Source: an uncultured Acidobacteriota bacterium
Lineage (GTDB): Bacteria; Acidobacteriota; UBA6911
Assembly (NCBI GenBank): GCA_963809485.1
Contig: CAWEJX010000017.1
Location: 64,001-128,000, forward strand
DNA length: 64,000 nt
Reading direction: 5' to 3'
The translations under genes and the position numbers were made by a program. Positions 39,891 through 48,743 of this stretch are shown one piece after another (positions within the stretch are counted from its first letter, which is position 1; every line of letters begins with the position of its first letter). The notes under the pieces were generated by a model. It was not told where the DNA came from. It did not search any database and saw only the letters and a program-made list of their open reading frames with translations.

Positions 39891-40271
39891 CTAACGTCCC
39901 GGATTGTATAGGGCCAATCCCAAATCCCGCGGGGATAAAAAGATTGCCGCCTTTTTATCCTTGCCAATGATGGCTTTCTTGTATTTTTCGGTCGGTCCTG
40001 TTGCAAGGTACCAGATCGGTGTGTCGATCCTCCTGAAATATATCGGGGCGTGCTTCAAACCGGCAGGGATGAAAACAGCGCAGCTTTTCTTAATCATATG
40101 CTTTTCCCCGCCGATCCACAGCTCGACCTCGCCGCCCAGATCGTTCGCATCCTTGGGATTCGTACCGAGGAATATCAAGTATTCGTCGAAATTATGATCG
40201 TGCGCCTCCGCAGGACTGCCCTGGCCCGTGACCTTTTGCCACCATGCAGCCATAAAATAATAGGATCCCGG
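39891..40271 (-). pseudogene. 5'-truncated cupin-like protein (paralog of 35876..36457)
   Basis: HDHNFDEYLIFLGTNP..DLGGEVELW...IPAGLKHAP; the frame continues upstream only to PGSYYF, where it runs into an IS200-type end; no RBS. Confidence 0.65.
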
Positions 40272-40316
40272 AGCTGTCAGACTCTGTGAGTCCCCCAGCA
40301 GAGCCGGGTGATTGCC
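40269..40316 (-). mobile_element. Isolated IS200/IS605-type terminal fragment
   Basis: CGGAGCTGTCAGACTCTGTGAGTCCCCCAGCAGAGCCGGGTGATTGCC matches the end of the 55274-55470 element (CGGAGCTGCCAAACTCTTTGAGTCCACCGGCAGAGCCGGGGGTTTACC). Confidence 0.75.
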
Positions 40317-40591
40317 CGTTTATTCAAATTCGCATAATGAATTTCCTTACTGGCAGCGAATGCGGATACGCCGTCCCGAAACCAAACGCTCCGGGATCCC
40401 ATGTCTGCGCCCTGTGATTGCCGGCAGGCATTGGTTTTTCCGCCGTCGTTCAAAGGCGCGACGAACACAGATAAATTGAAAGAATGATTCAATCCTGATA
40501 TATAAGTATGTTTCCGAAATGAAGCTTTTGCGCATTATTCAGCGCATGCCCTTGCTGAAGCAGGAACACCGGAGGGTAATTACGGAAGACA

Positions 40592-41452
40592 ATGGGAAAA
40601 CGGGCAAAAATGGACAGAAGAATATTTCTAAAGGCTGTAGGCGCTCTGGGCAGCTCCGTTTTAGCCGCTCCGGCCGTCGGAGCCGCCGAAAATTTCCGGA
40701 ACAACAAACCGGTCGGAGTGCTGGTTGATGAAACGCGATGTATAGGATGCCGAAAATGCGAGCTGGCATGCGCCGAAGCTCATGGGCTGCCCAAACCGAA
40801 TCTTGAAGCGTCAGCGATAGTCGGGAAGCAGCGTCCGACGACGGAATCGCAATTGACGGTGGTCAATGGCTATGGGACGGCTGGCGAAGAAACATATGCA
40901 AAAAGGCAATGCATGCATTGCGCACAGCCGGCATGTGTCAGCGCCTGTCTGACGGGAGCCATGCACCTAAGCAGCGAAGGTCCCGTATTATGGGACCCCA
41001 AAAAATGCATGGGTTGCCGGTATTGCATGATCGCCTGCCCGTTTGACATGCCGAAATTCGAATACCACAAAGCTATTCCAAAAATCCAGAAGTGCGATCT
41101 GTGTCACGATCGGCTTCAGGAAGGGAAACAGCCGGCGTGTGTGGAGATCTGTCCCGCGAAGGTAATGTTGTTCGGCAAACGAAACGATCTGATCGAAACC
41201 GCTCGAACGCGCATCTACGGGCAGCCGGCCGAATACTCTCACTCTATATACGGAGAGCAGGAAGTGGGAGGAACGGGATGGATCTATATTTCACCGGTTC
41301 CGATGGAGCAGCTGGGCTTCCAAGCGAATCTCGGGACTGTCGCATACCCGGAATACACCAAACAATTTCTCTACAGCGTCCCCGTGGTGCTCATCCTCTG
41401 GCCCGCCATGCTGCTCGCGCTCAACCGGGCAACCCGATCCGAGGAAAAATAG
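40592..41452 (+). CDS. Tat-exported 4x[4Fe-4S] protein with C-terminal membrane anchor (HybA/HmcB-like)
   Basis: DRRIFLK signal, 16 Cys in four groups, IYGEQEVGGT, C-terminal hydrophobic helix. Confidence 0.92.
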   Translation: MGKRAKMDRRIFLKAVGALGSSVLAAPAVGAAENFRNNKPVGVLVDETRCIGCRKCELACAEAHGLPKPNLEASAIVGKQRPTTESQLTVVNGYGTAGEETYAKRQCMHCAQPACVSACLTGAMHLSSEGPVLWDPKKCMGCRYCMIACPFDMPKFEYHKAIPKIQKCDLCHDRLQEGKQPACVEICPAKVMLFGKRNDLIETARTRIYGQPAEYSHSIYGEQEVGGTGWIYISPVPMEQLGFQANLGTVAYPEYTKQFLYSVPVVLILWPAMLLALNRATRSEEK

Positions 41453-41478
41453 AAAACATTGAATGCGGAGGTGCGAGG

Positions 41479-42777
41479 TTGCCCGGAGCCAGTGAATTCC
41501 AAATGCCCCAGAAAACAGTCATCGGCAGATCCCTCAAGTTTGTCCTCAGCGAATTGAAGCCCAGAGGCAAATGGCTTACTCTGTTCAACGTGATATCGAT
41601 TCCCGTCATTCTGCTGGCGGCCGTTTTGCTCGTTATCCGTTTTACCAGGGGATTAGGCGCAGTGACGAACCTTTCCCAGGATGTGCCCTGGGGACTCTGG
41701 ATTGGCTTTGACGTCGTCACGGGCGTCGCGTTCGCCGGAGGAGCCTATGTATTGACCTTCATCGTCTATATCGTGAGGATCGAGAAATACCATTGCCTCA
41801 TAAGGGCAACGGTTCTGAATGGCTTTCTTGCGTATGTCTTTTATGCCGGAGCCCTGCTGCTGGACCTGGGACGCCCCTGGAATGTTATCAATCCAATCAT
41901 TGGAAATTCGTTCGGTGTCAGCTCTGTGCTCTTCCTGGTTGCCTGGCACTTCCTGCTGTATATGATTGCGGAGCTGCTCGAATTTTCTCCCGTTTTCGCC
42001 GAATGGCTTGGGCTGCAGCGCATGAGAAAAATCCTGTCGGCAATGACGCTCGGAGCCGTAGTCTTCGGCATTACGCTCTCCACTCTTCATCAGTCCGGAC
42101 TGGGGGCGCTTTACCTGATGGCCAAAGGGAAAATCCACCCTCTGTGGTATTCAGAATTCATCCCGATTCTGTTTTTCGTCTCCAGCATCTTTGCCGGCAT
42201 CTCCCTCGTCATCTTTGAAGGATCCATCAGCCACCGTGTTTTTGCCGACCGGATCAGCCACGAAAATCTAAAATCGCATAATGACCTGCAGTTTGACCTG
42301 GCCAGGATATGCGCCGGTGCAATGTTCGTTTACCTTTTTCTGCAGGCCCTGGTTTTCATCCACGAAAAAAGAATTTCTTATTTCGGCAGCCCAATGTACT
42401 ACTGGTACCTTACCGAGCTTTTGGGATTCGTGCTGCTGCCCTGCATTCTGTTCGTCGCGGGCATGAAGCGGAAAAGCCCGATATTGGTCCGCACCGCAGC
42501 TGTCATGACGTTGATCGGAATCATTCTGAACCGGCTCAATATCTCCGTGATCGCCTTCAAGTGGTATGCCCCGGTCCGATACTACCCCACATGGATGGAA
42601 GTGGAGATCACACTGGCCATTATTTTCAGCGAAATTTGGGTATTCCGATGGTTTATAGACAGGATGCCCGTGCTGAATGATCCGCCAGTCTGGGCTTTGG
42701 AGCAGGATGCCCTGGCGCAAGGAACGCAATACGCCAGGGTCATTAAGGAGAACATTCCATGGAAACCCGATACATAG
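41479..42777 (+). CDS. NrfD/PsrC-family integral membrane quinol-interacting subunit (HybB/HmcC-like)
   Basis: GLGAVTNLS..PWGLWIGFDV, DLGRPW, SVLF, TLSTLHQSGLG, IHPLW, NRLN; start TTG 41479 (GGAGGT RBS) or ATG 41503. Confidence 0.93.
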   Translation: MPGASEFQMPQKTVIGRSLKFVLSELKPRGKWLTLFNVISIPVILLAAVLLVIRFTRGLGAVTNLSQDVPWGLWIGFDVVTGVAFAGGAYVLTFIVYIVRIEKYHCLIRATVLNGFLAYVFYAGALLLDLGRPWNVINPIIGNSFGVSSVLFLVAWHFLLYMIAELLEFSPVFAEWLGLQRMRKILSAMTLGAVVFGITLSTLHQSGLGALYLMAKGKIHPLWYSEFIPILFFVSSIFAGISLVIFEGSISHRVFADRISHENLKSHNDLQFDLARICAGAMFVYLFLQALVFIHEKRISYFGSPMYYWYLTELLGFVLLPCILFVAGMKRKSPILVRTAAVMTLIGIILNRLNISVIAFKWYAPVRYYPTWMEVEITLAIIFSEIWVFRWFIDRMPVLNDPPVWALEQDALAQGTQYARVIKENIPWKPDT

Positions 42778-43454
42778 AAATTTTCGCTACCAAGGGAGCG
42801 GAATACATTTTCGTCATCGGCTTTCTGCTGCTGCTGATTTTCTTTTGGAGGTTTCTGAACGCACCCGGCAAGCCGCGAAATGCGGGGACGGAACCAGCCG
42901 GGGCCTCCTTCCTGCCGAACCCGCAGTTTCGCATTGCCGAGGGATATTTTTACCACCAGGGTCACAGCTGGGCGGTCCCGGAAAGGCAGGATGTGGCCAG
43001 GGTGGGCATCGACGATTTCGCCCAGCAATTGCTCGGCGAGCCCGCAAAAGTCGACCTGCCGCAGATCGGCAGCCGTATTGAACAGGGAGAAAAGGCGTGG
43101 AAACTGTGGATTGACTCAAAATCCGTCGACATCCTCTCCCCTGTCGAAGGTGAGGTGGTTGCCGTCAATACTGAGGCCATCCAAACTCCCGCCCTCCTCA
43201 ACCGGGATCCTTATGGGAGCGGATGGCTCGTGAAAGTTAAAATTCCGAACATAAATAAAAACCTCAGGAATCTTATGTCCGGGGATCTGGCCATGGTCTG
43301 GATGAAGGAAACCGCCGATGCACTGGAGCACAGGATCCAGGGATCCATCGGGAAACCCTTTAAGGCGGCAAGTGCTCCCTTCGACGGGATTGCGAGGAAT
43401 TTCTTTCCGGACAACTGGGATAAATTCGCGGCAAAATTTCTTTCCGGAAATTGA
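42759..43454 (+). CDS. Membrane-anchored glycine cleavage H-protein-like protein
   Basis: N-terminal TM helix, then YFYHQGHSW, RVGIDDFAQ.LLG, SPVEGEVV.VN, DPYGSGWLVKV. Confidence 0.88.
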   Translation: METRYIEIFATKGAEYIFVIGFLLLLIFFWRFLNAPGKPRNAGTEPAGASFLPNPQFRIAEGYFYHQGHSWAVPERQDVARVGIDDFAQQLLGEPAKVDLPQIGSRIEQGEKAWKLWIDSKSVDILSPVEGEVVAVNTEAIQTPALLNRDPYGSGWLVKVKIPNINKNLRNLMSGDLAMVWMKETADALEHRIQGSIGKPFKAASAPFDGIARNFFPDNWDKFAAKFLSGN

Positions 43455-43762
43455 GTCCCGGGTCGAAGACTTCCGCTGCAGGCAAGAAAGCCTGAAAGGC
43501 CATTAAAGGCTGCAGGCATTCCAGCGCGGCAAACAACCTCCGGCCAAGATTTGACTCTTGTCCACGCGTGACACCCAGGTCGTGTCCCAACCTGTAATCT
43601 TCGTTTCCGTTTACGTTCCGCTCCAACGGGCATCCAGCGCGGAAGCCGCAGCCGGCAGGCTGCCTGAACTTCGACTCAGCCGGAAACCAATCCGGCATGC
43701 CTTCAGTGTCAAGTGCGTCCCGCAGCCAGGGCAAAGATGGAGACCTGCGGATGTGCCTGAAT

Positions 43763-44440
43763 TTACGGCGAGGGACTGCCGGAGACAGGCTGGTGGCAGC
43801 CGGTACAAATCGCCGCAGCATATTTGGCATGGTTTGCGGGGAATGGCTTCAGCTTCCCGATACCATGGCATTGAGTGCAGTCCTTGTACATGCTTCCTTC
43901 CGTTGTGTGAGGGATCCGTGCAGGTTTTGGAACGGCAGCCTTTTTGGCCTTTGCCGAGACTGCGGATTTCGGCTTTGGGCCGACCTGATGGCATGCCAGG
44001 CAATTCGCTATGGTAAAGCCGGCGTGACTCGCCGGGAACGCCTTTGATTTTCCTGTACCATGGCACTGCAGGCAATCCTTGAAGCCGTCTTCACCAACGG
44101 CATGCGGGATCCGTGCCGGCTTGCCATCCATTGATCCGGATACAGCCGAACCTTTGATTTCCGGCGCCGCACCGATTCTGTGGCAGCCCGAACAGCCTTT
44201 TGACGCAAAGCCGGCGTGGCTCTGCGGGAATGGCTTCATTTTCCCCAAACCATGGCATCGCGTACAATATTGATAATAAGCCTCCTTTTCGACCGGATGC
44301 GGAACGGGCCGCGGCCCGTCAGGCTTCGCCGGACCGCTCACAACAGCTGGCGATGATGCGGAAACAGCCGGCGCTTCGGCGCCGGCAGCCGGAAGGAATC
44401 CGGCAAACCCAAGCGTAATAACCGCAATGATCTGCAACAT
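43763..44440 (-). CDS. Exported hexaheme c-type cytochrome (three diheme repeats)
   Basis: Signal peptide; six CxxCH motifs (CTRCH, CSGCH, CLQCH, CLACH, CTQCH, CTGCH) in three P-[VI]PH...CxxCH...FP..H...CxxCH units. Confidence 0.9.
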   Translation of the reverse strand: MLQIIAVITLGFAGFLPAAGAEAPAVSASSPAVVSGPAKPDGPRPVPHPVEKEAYYQYCTRCHGLGKMKPFPQSHAGFASKGCSGCHRIGAAPEIKGSAVSGSMDGKPARIPHAVGEDGFKDCLQCHGTGKSKAFPASHAGFTIANCLACHQVGPKPKSAVSAKAKKAAVPKPARIPHTTEGSMYKDCTQCHGIGKLKPFPANHAKYAAAICTGCHQPVSGSPSP

Positions 44441-44518
44441 AAAGTATGTTCTTTAATGTAAAGGTACGCGTTAATAGAAAGATTCACGATAGAGGCGGAA
44501 CAACCCCGGAATCGGGCG

Positions 44519-45610
44519 TCAAGTGCTTTGGGGCGGCTTCTGCCAGCTCAGGAGCTGCTCCATGTTGGAGGGCTCTTTGTATCGCTTGATGTGGTCTTTC
44601 AGCGCCGGCCCGAGGATTTCTATCTTGCTCATGTCGGCCTGTCCCATTCCCGCCTGGGCGCAGTAGGTCATGTAACCGATTTTGCCAATCCCGATTCCCA
44701 TCAGCTCTGCGCTTACCGTATCGGCGGCGAGCCAGTCGGTGCCGACGACACAAACGCGGTGGTCGATGGGCGTGCCGGTGATGGGCCCGTCGCCTTCCAT
44801 GCCCTCAAAACCATCGATCACCGCCAGGTGCGGGTGCAGGCGGGGCGCCAGGGCCGCGAGATTGTAGTTGATGCCTCGCGGGCCGCCGCCGTGGATGATG
44901 GGCTTGTCGGATCGGCCCACGACGTTGGGCACCGGGCTCGGATCCTTAATGGCTGCGCCGACGACGACATTCTTGAGCGAGAATGTGGCCACCACCATCC
45001 CGTGGGTTTTAATCTTTGCTGCGGAGATAATGTAGCTGTCCGGGTCCACCATCATCTTTGACACACGGCAGGGACGCGGACGCATGTCGGACTGATCGAT
45101 GCAGTAAACCGTTTCATATCCCGTTTTGTCCAGCTCAACCAGTCTTACGCCGTACTTTTCGACGAACCTGTTGTAGCCGTAGTTGGCGAAACCCTCGAGC
45201 GTCGAGCCGCCGCCCGGCGATTCGGCAATCACCACGTTGGTTTTGCGAATGGATTTGAGAAACTCGAGGATCCCTTCGAGCTGATCGGCGTGGGTAGCGC
45301 ACAGGGGCTTGTCAATGTTGACGTTGTTGACTTTTAGGACGACGAGTTTATTGCCGATGGCCTGCGCGATCTCTTTTTCAAAAGGGCGCAGAGCACGGAA
45401 GGTATTGTCGGCGCGGCTGTCGCCGGTGGTCAGCGCCACGCGTGCAGGCGGGACTTCCGGAATAACGGGGGCAGGGGACTTAAAGGGATCGACCTTTCCC
45501 TGCAGGGCACTTGCGTCAACAGCGAGGCGCAGTCCGCCCGCAAGCCCCAAACCGCCAAGCAGTGAGTTCTTGAGAAACCGACGACGGGAACCGGTATCAA
45601 AGGATGACAT
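44519..45610 (-). CDS. Tat-exported DUF362 domain protein
   Basis: SRRRFLK signal; VVLKVN, KIKTH, T.SLKN, IDG.EGMEGDGP, D.LAAD. Confidence 0.88.
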   Translation of the reverse strand: MSSFDTGSRRRFLKNSLLGGLGLAGGLRLAVDASALQGKVDPFKSPAPVIPEVPPARVALTTGDSRADNTFRALRPFEKEIAQAIGNKLVVLKVNNVNIDKPLCATHADQLEGILEFLKSIRKTNVVIAESPGGGSTLEGFANYGYNRFVEKYGVRLVELDKTGYETVYCIDQSDMRPRPCRVSKMMVDPDSYIISAAKIKTHGMVVATFSLKNVVVGAAIKDPSPVPNVVGRSDKPIIHGGGPRGINYNLAALAPRLHPHLAVIDGFEGMEGDGPITGTPIDHRVCVVGTDWLAADTVSAELMGIGIGKIGYMTYCAQAGMGQADMSKIEILGPALKDHIKRYKEPSNMEQLLSWQKPPQST

Positions 45611-45727
45611 ATTCTACCCTCTACATATCAGACTGGTGGCTGCATCAGTCCTATTTGACTTCGCATAATATCATAAGTCCCATTTATGAGAACACAGGTT
45701 CAAAAGTTTCAAGTGCGTCCCGAATTC

Positions 45728-45806
45728 AGGGCAGAGCCGTAGGCTCGATTGTGAACCGCCCAAAACGTTGGAATGAGCGGTACCAGATTTAGCCGCTGAT
45801 ATACGC
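45728..45806 (-). mobile_element. Degenerate remnant of the IS200-type MITE
   Basis: GGCAGAGCCGTAGGCTCGATTGTGAACCGCCCAAAACGTTGG...CGCTGATATACGC aligns with the start of 55274-55470. Confidence 0.5.
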
Positions 45807-45816
45807 GCACTTTCCC

Positions 45817-46419
45817 CTACTGCCCGGCGTTCGCCGGTTCCGAAGTAATCCTGCAGGGTTTGCCAAGGCGGATCACGTTTGTATCCCAGACGCATCCGCT
45901 GGCGCAATGCCAGCCGTAGTACCAGATGTAGCTCAAACTCCTCGAAGGGGAGTAAGGAACGATAATGATGCCGCTGTGTTTTTCGGCAACCTCCTCCCAC
46001 ATGATGTACTGGGAGAACTGCCTCTGGATATCGCCGATAAGATCATGCCCAAGCTTGCTTGTGAACGCATCAAGATCTTCGGTGCTTTGCAGGAACTGGA
46101 TTCTGCCCGTAAGATTGCGTCCGTACTTGCGGGTAAATGCGTCGATATCCCGCGCTCTTCGCAGAAACAATATCCGCGATGAATCGAGGATGGTCACCGT
46201 ATGCCGGTAGCGCAAGGTTTCGATGCGGAACTGGTCCGCCTCGCACCATCGTCTCCACTCCTCGTTTACATCGAACCAGATGCCGTTGGGCTTCGGATGT
46301 CCGCTCTGCAGGTAGTTCCTCTTACGCAGCCTTACCGGTTCTTCTGCCCAATGATAATACTTCACGCCGTCCATTATCGCCGAAGGTTCGCAGCCTTTCT
46401 GCTTTTGCCTGGATGCCAT
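45817..46419 (-). CDS. Hypothetical Trp-rich protein with an internal 24-aa duplication
   Basis: KPNGIW..W..WC ... W..VA..H.GIII.PY ... WYYGWHCASGCVWD; RBS AGGAG. Confidence 0.75.
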   Translation of the reverse strand: MASRQKQKGCEPSAIMDGVKYYHWAEEPVRLRKRNYLQSGHPKPNGIWFDVNEEWRRWCEADQFRIETLRYRHTVTILDSSRILFLRRARDIDAFTRKYGRNLTGRIQFLQSTEDLDAFTSKLGHDLIGDIQRQFSQYIMWEEVAEKHSGIIIVPYSPSRSLSYIWYYGWHCASGCVWDTNVIRLGKPCRITSEPANAGQ

Positions 46420-46716
46420 ATCTCTCCTTGGTTGCCTGCCCCATGCCGCAGGCCCATTTTACATCTGAACCGGATCTACGGACACGCTCAAGCCGTCGCG
46501 GACAAGGTTCGGCATATGGCGGATGTCAAACGCGGCAAGCCCCCCAAAGCATTCTGGATTCAATGACTCTGTGGCCAGTCCCGTAATTCCGGGCCCGAAA
46601 GACCCAAAGGTGGCCGGAACTGCGTATTTTGCTGTATGGGATTTTGGGTATTTCTACGCATTGAAGGCCATGATCTGCAGCCTTATATTTCGACATGTGC
46701 GCTTAGGAGGCTATCT

Positions 46717-47109
46717 ATGAAGACAAACATTGCAATAGCGATCAGTCTCGCAATATTGCTGATCGCAGGTTTCGTTATGGCACAAACCCACACGGTCCGT
46801 GCACAGATTCCCTTCGAATTCGCGGCCGCAGGGAAAGTCTTTCCGGCGGGAGAATATGTATTTAATTACGACCCTGGAAAGCTATTCGTTTCTGTCCAAG
46901 GAACGGAAAAGGGATCCGCGGCCTTGGTGCCGATTGTCACCATGCTTGCCGGGGCGATGCACACCACTCCGAAGGATGCACATGTCGTTTTCGATAAGAT
47001 CGGGAACAATCGCTATCTCTCCGAACTATGGAGTTCGGGAATGGACGGCTTCGACCTGCTCACCACAACAGAGAAACACGAGCACGAAATTGTGAATGCT
47101 CCTCGCTAA
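46717..47109 (+). CDS. Small secreted beta-protein (acidobacterial IPFxF family)
   Basis: Signal peptide; A.IPFEF..AGK.FPAGEY, VVFDKIG..RYLSELW; RBS AGGAGG. Confidence 0.8.
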   Translation: MKTNIAIAISLAILLIAGFVMAQTHTVRAQIPFEFAAAGKVFPAGEYVFNYDPGKLFVSVQGTEKGSAALVPIVTMLAGAMHTTPKDAHVVFDKIGNNRYLSELWSSGMDGFDLLTTTEKHEHEIVNAPR

Positions 47110-47720
47110 CAACCTCTATGGATAAACCGGTAACCGGGACAACCCGACGGAGCCCCGGCGGGGCTGCTAACTGGATCTCCCCCGGCCGCAAAGAGAGGAC
47201 CGGGGGATGGGCTGGGCGGTTTCCCTTCCGGCGATGCTTTTACCGTCATTGTCACCGGTTAATCCAACAATTACCGGTGCATGGGCGTTATGATGCCCGA
47301 TCAGTCAGTCCGGATCGATCGACAAGTGGCGATAAAATGGTCTGCTGCGTCAGCCGGCAGTGGGTCGGTGGAACACTGCTAGCTTCTCTCTTTTATTGAA
47401 TGCTTCTGCCATTCCTGCTATCGGGCCGATTTCCTGATTTGAGCCGCAAATGTTCAAATCGCACAAAATAGGCAGAGTGGCCAGTCAAAGAATGATGCTG
47501 TTGAAACCTCAAGTGTTCGTTTTCGGATACCTACTGAAAACGGGCTATATAAACTGGGAGACGCCCTCGCTAACCCCGGTGGAGACTGCCTGCCCGACCG
47601 TCCTAGGGCCGGACCTGAAATAAGCTCAGTCTCTTGCTTCCAGGGTAAACAATATCCCCCATGCCCCCCAAAGAGAGGCACCCGAGTCGATCCTAAGCTC
47701 TCCTGCCCGAGACCTCTTAC

Positions 47721-48275
47721 CTACTTTATCTTCTGCCCTGCCAGGATCAGCTGTGCATGATAGATTTTTGTCTGCACATCCTTCGCTGTTGCAACCGCTT
47801 TGGGAAGATCCTCCTGAATCACCAGATCGCCAATCGCCGTCTTGCCCTCCTCGATCTCGGACGCAATCGCCTTCACCCTGCTCCGCTGACTGGAAGACAG
47901 CTTGTTCTTTGAAAGATCGATCTTCACCTGATCGAAGTTTTTGCTGATCATGAGTTGCATGGCATCAAGCTCGCGCGTTAAAGCGTCCTGCTTGGATCGG
48001 GCGATATCCGCAGCCTTGCCGAAATAGATTTTGGCGCTCGTGTAAAGTACTTTGGCCGTAGACGTCTGGCCTTCCTTTTCGGCAGTCTGAGCGTGGTCCC
48101 AGGCTTTCCGAGCCTGCTCAAAGTCCACCTGCGCGTATCTGTCGGCATGGAGCAATCGGGCTTGATCCATAGCCGTCCGGGCTTCCTTCATTTCGATGGC
48201 CGCACTTCCGCCACACCCGTAAAGGGCCAGCATTAATACCAAGAGACTGAAGCTGTTATGAATCCGGACTCTCAT
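47721..48275 (-). CDS. Helical lipoprotein (DUF4398-like)
   Basis: Lipobox LYGC; EM..AR.AM..A...A..YA pattern; coiled-coil C-terminus. Confidence 0.75.
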   Translation of the reverse strand: MRVRIHNSFSLLVLMLALYGCGGSAAIEMKEARTAMDQARLLHADRYAQVDFEQARKAWDHAQTAEKEGQTSTAKVLYTSAKIYFGKAADIARSKQDALTRELDAMQLMISKNFDQVKIDLSKNKLSSSQRSRVKAIASEIEEGKTAIGDLVIQEDLPKAVATAKDVQTKIYHAQLILAGQKIK

Positions 48276-48405
48276 TATCGATCTCCCATTGGGTTTTGGC
48301 GCCGAGGGCAGCGATCCTGGTTTGTTTATGGATCAATTTGCAGATCAGATCGCAAAGGTGAATCTCACGGGAAAAGTGGAAGGTTTTTGAGATTGGCGAT
48401 GGCAA

Positions 48406-48418
48406 TAATCTATTGATT
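48406..48418 (-). promoter_or_regulatory. IHF consensus site directly 3' of tRNA-Phe
   Basis: Minus strand AATCAATAGATTA fits WATCAA-N4-TTR; it begins 4 nt after the CCA end. Confidence 0.5.
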
Positions 48419-48422
48419 CCAG

Positions 48423-48498
<76 letters not shown>

Positions 48499-48640
48499 AT
48501 TCCAGTCTGCTCAGTTTGCAAAAACAAAGCGCCTAGCTTTATACCATCGACCGGCCAAAAAATCCACCCCAGATATCGATTTGCGGTGCAAAAACCGTTT
48601 TGAGGTTTTGGGCAATTCAGAACGATAAACGTACACTATC

Positions 48641-48700
48641 TCACGCGGAGACGCGGGGCATAATACTCCGGATCTCCGCGCTCCCCGCGTCTCCGCGTGA
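48641..48700. repeat. Perfect 18-bp inverted repeat (REP-like / terminator of DUF72 gene)
   Basis: TCACGCGGAGACGCGGGG (48641-58) ... CCCCGCGTCTCCGCGTGA (48683-700). Confidence 0.75.
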
Positions 48701-48743
48701 TCCAAATTTGCGCTGCGACTGTGCCACGCGGGGCAACTCGTTG

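Noticed and set aside
40592-42777. [NiFe]-hydrogenase-2 operon (hybAB)
   Set aside because: No small or large hydrogenase subunits and no maturation genes in the window.
42759-43454. True glycine cleavage gcvH
   Set aside because: Membrane anchor, divergent lipoyl loop, and no gcvT/gcvP.
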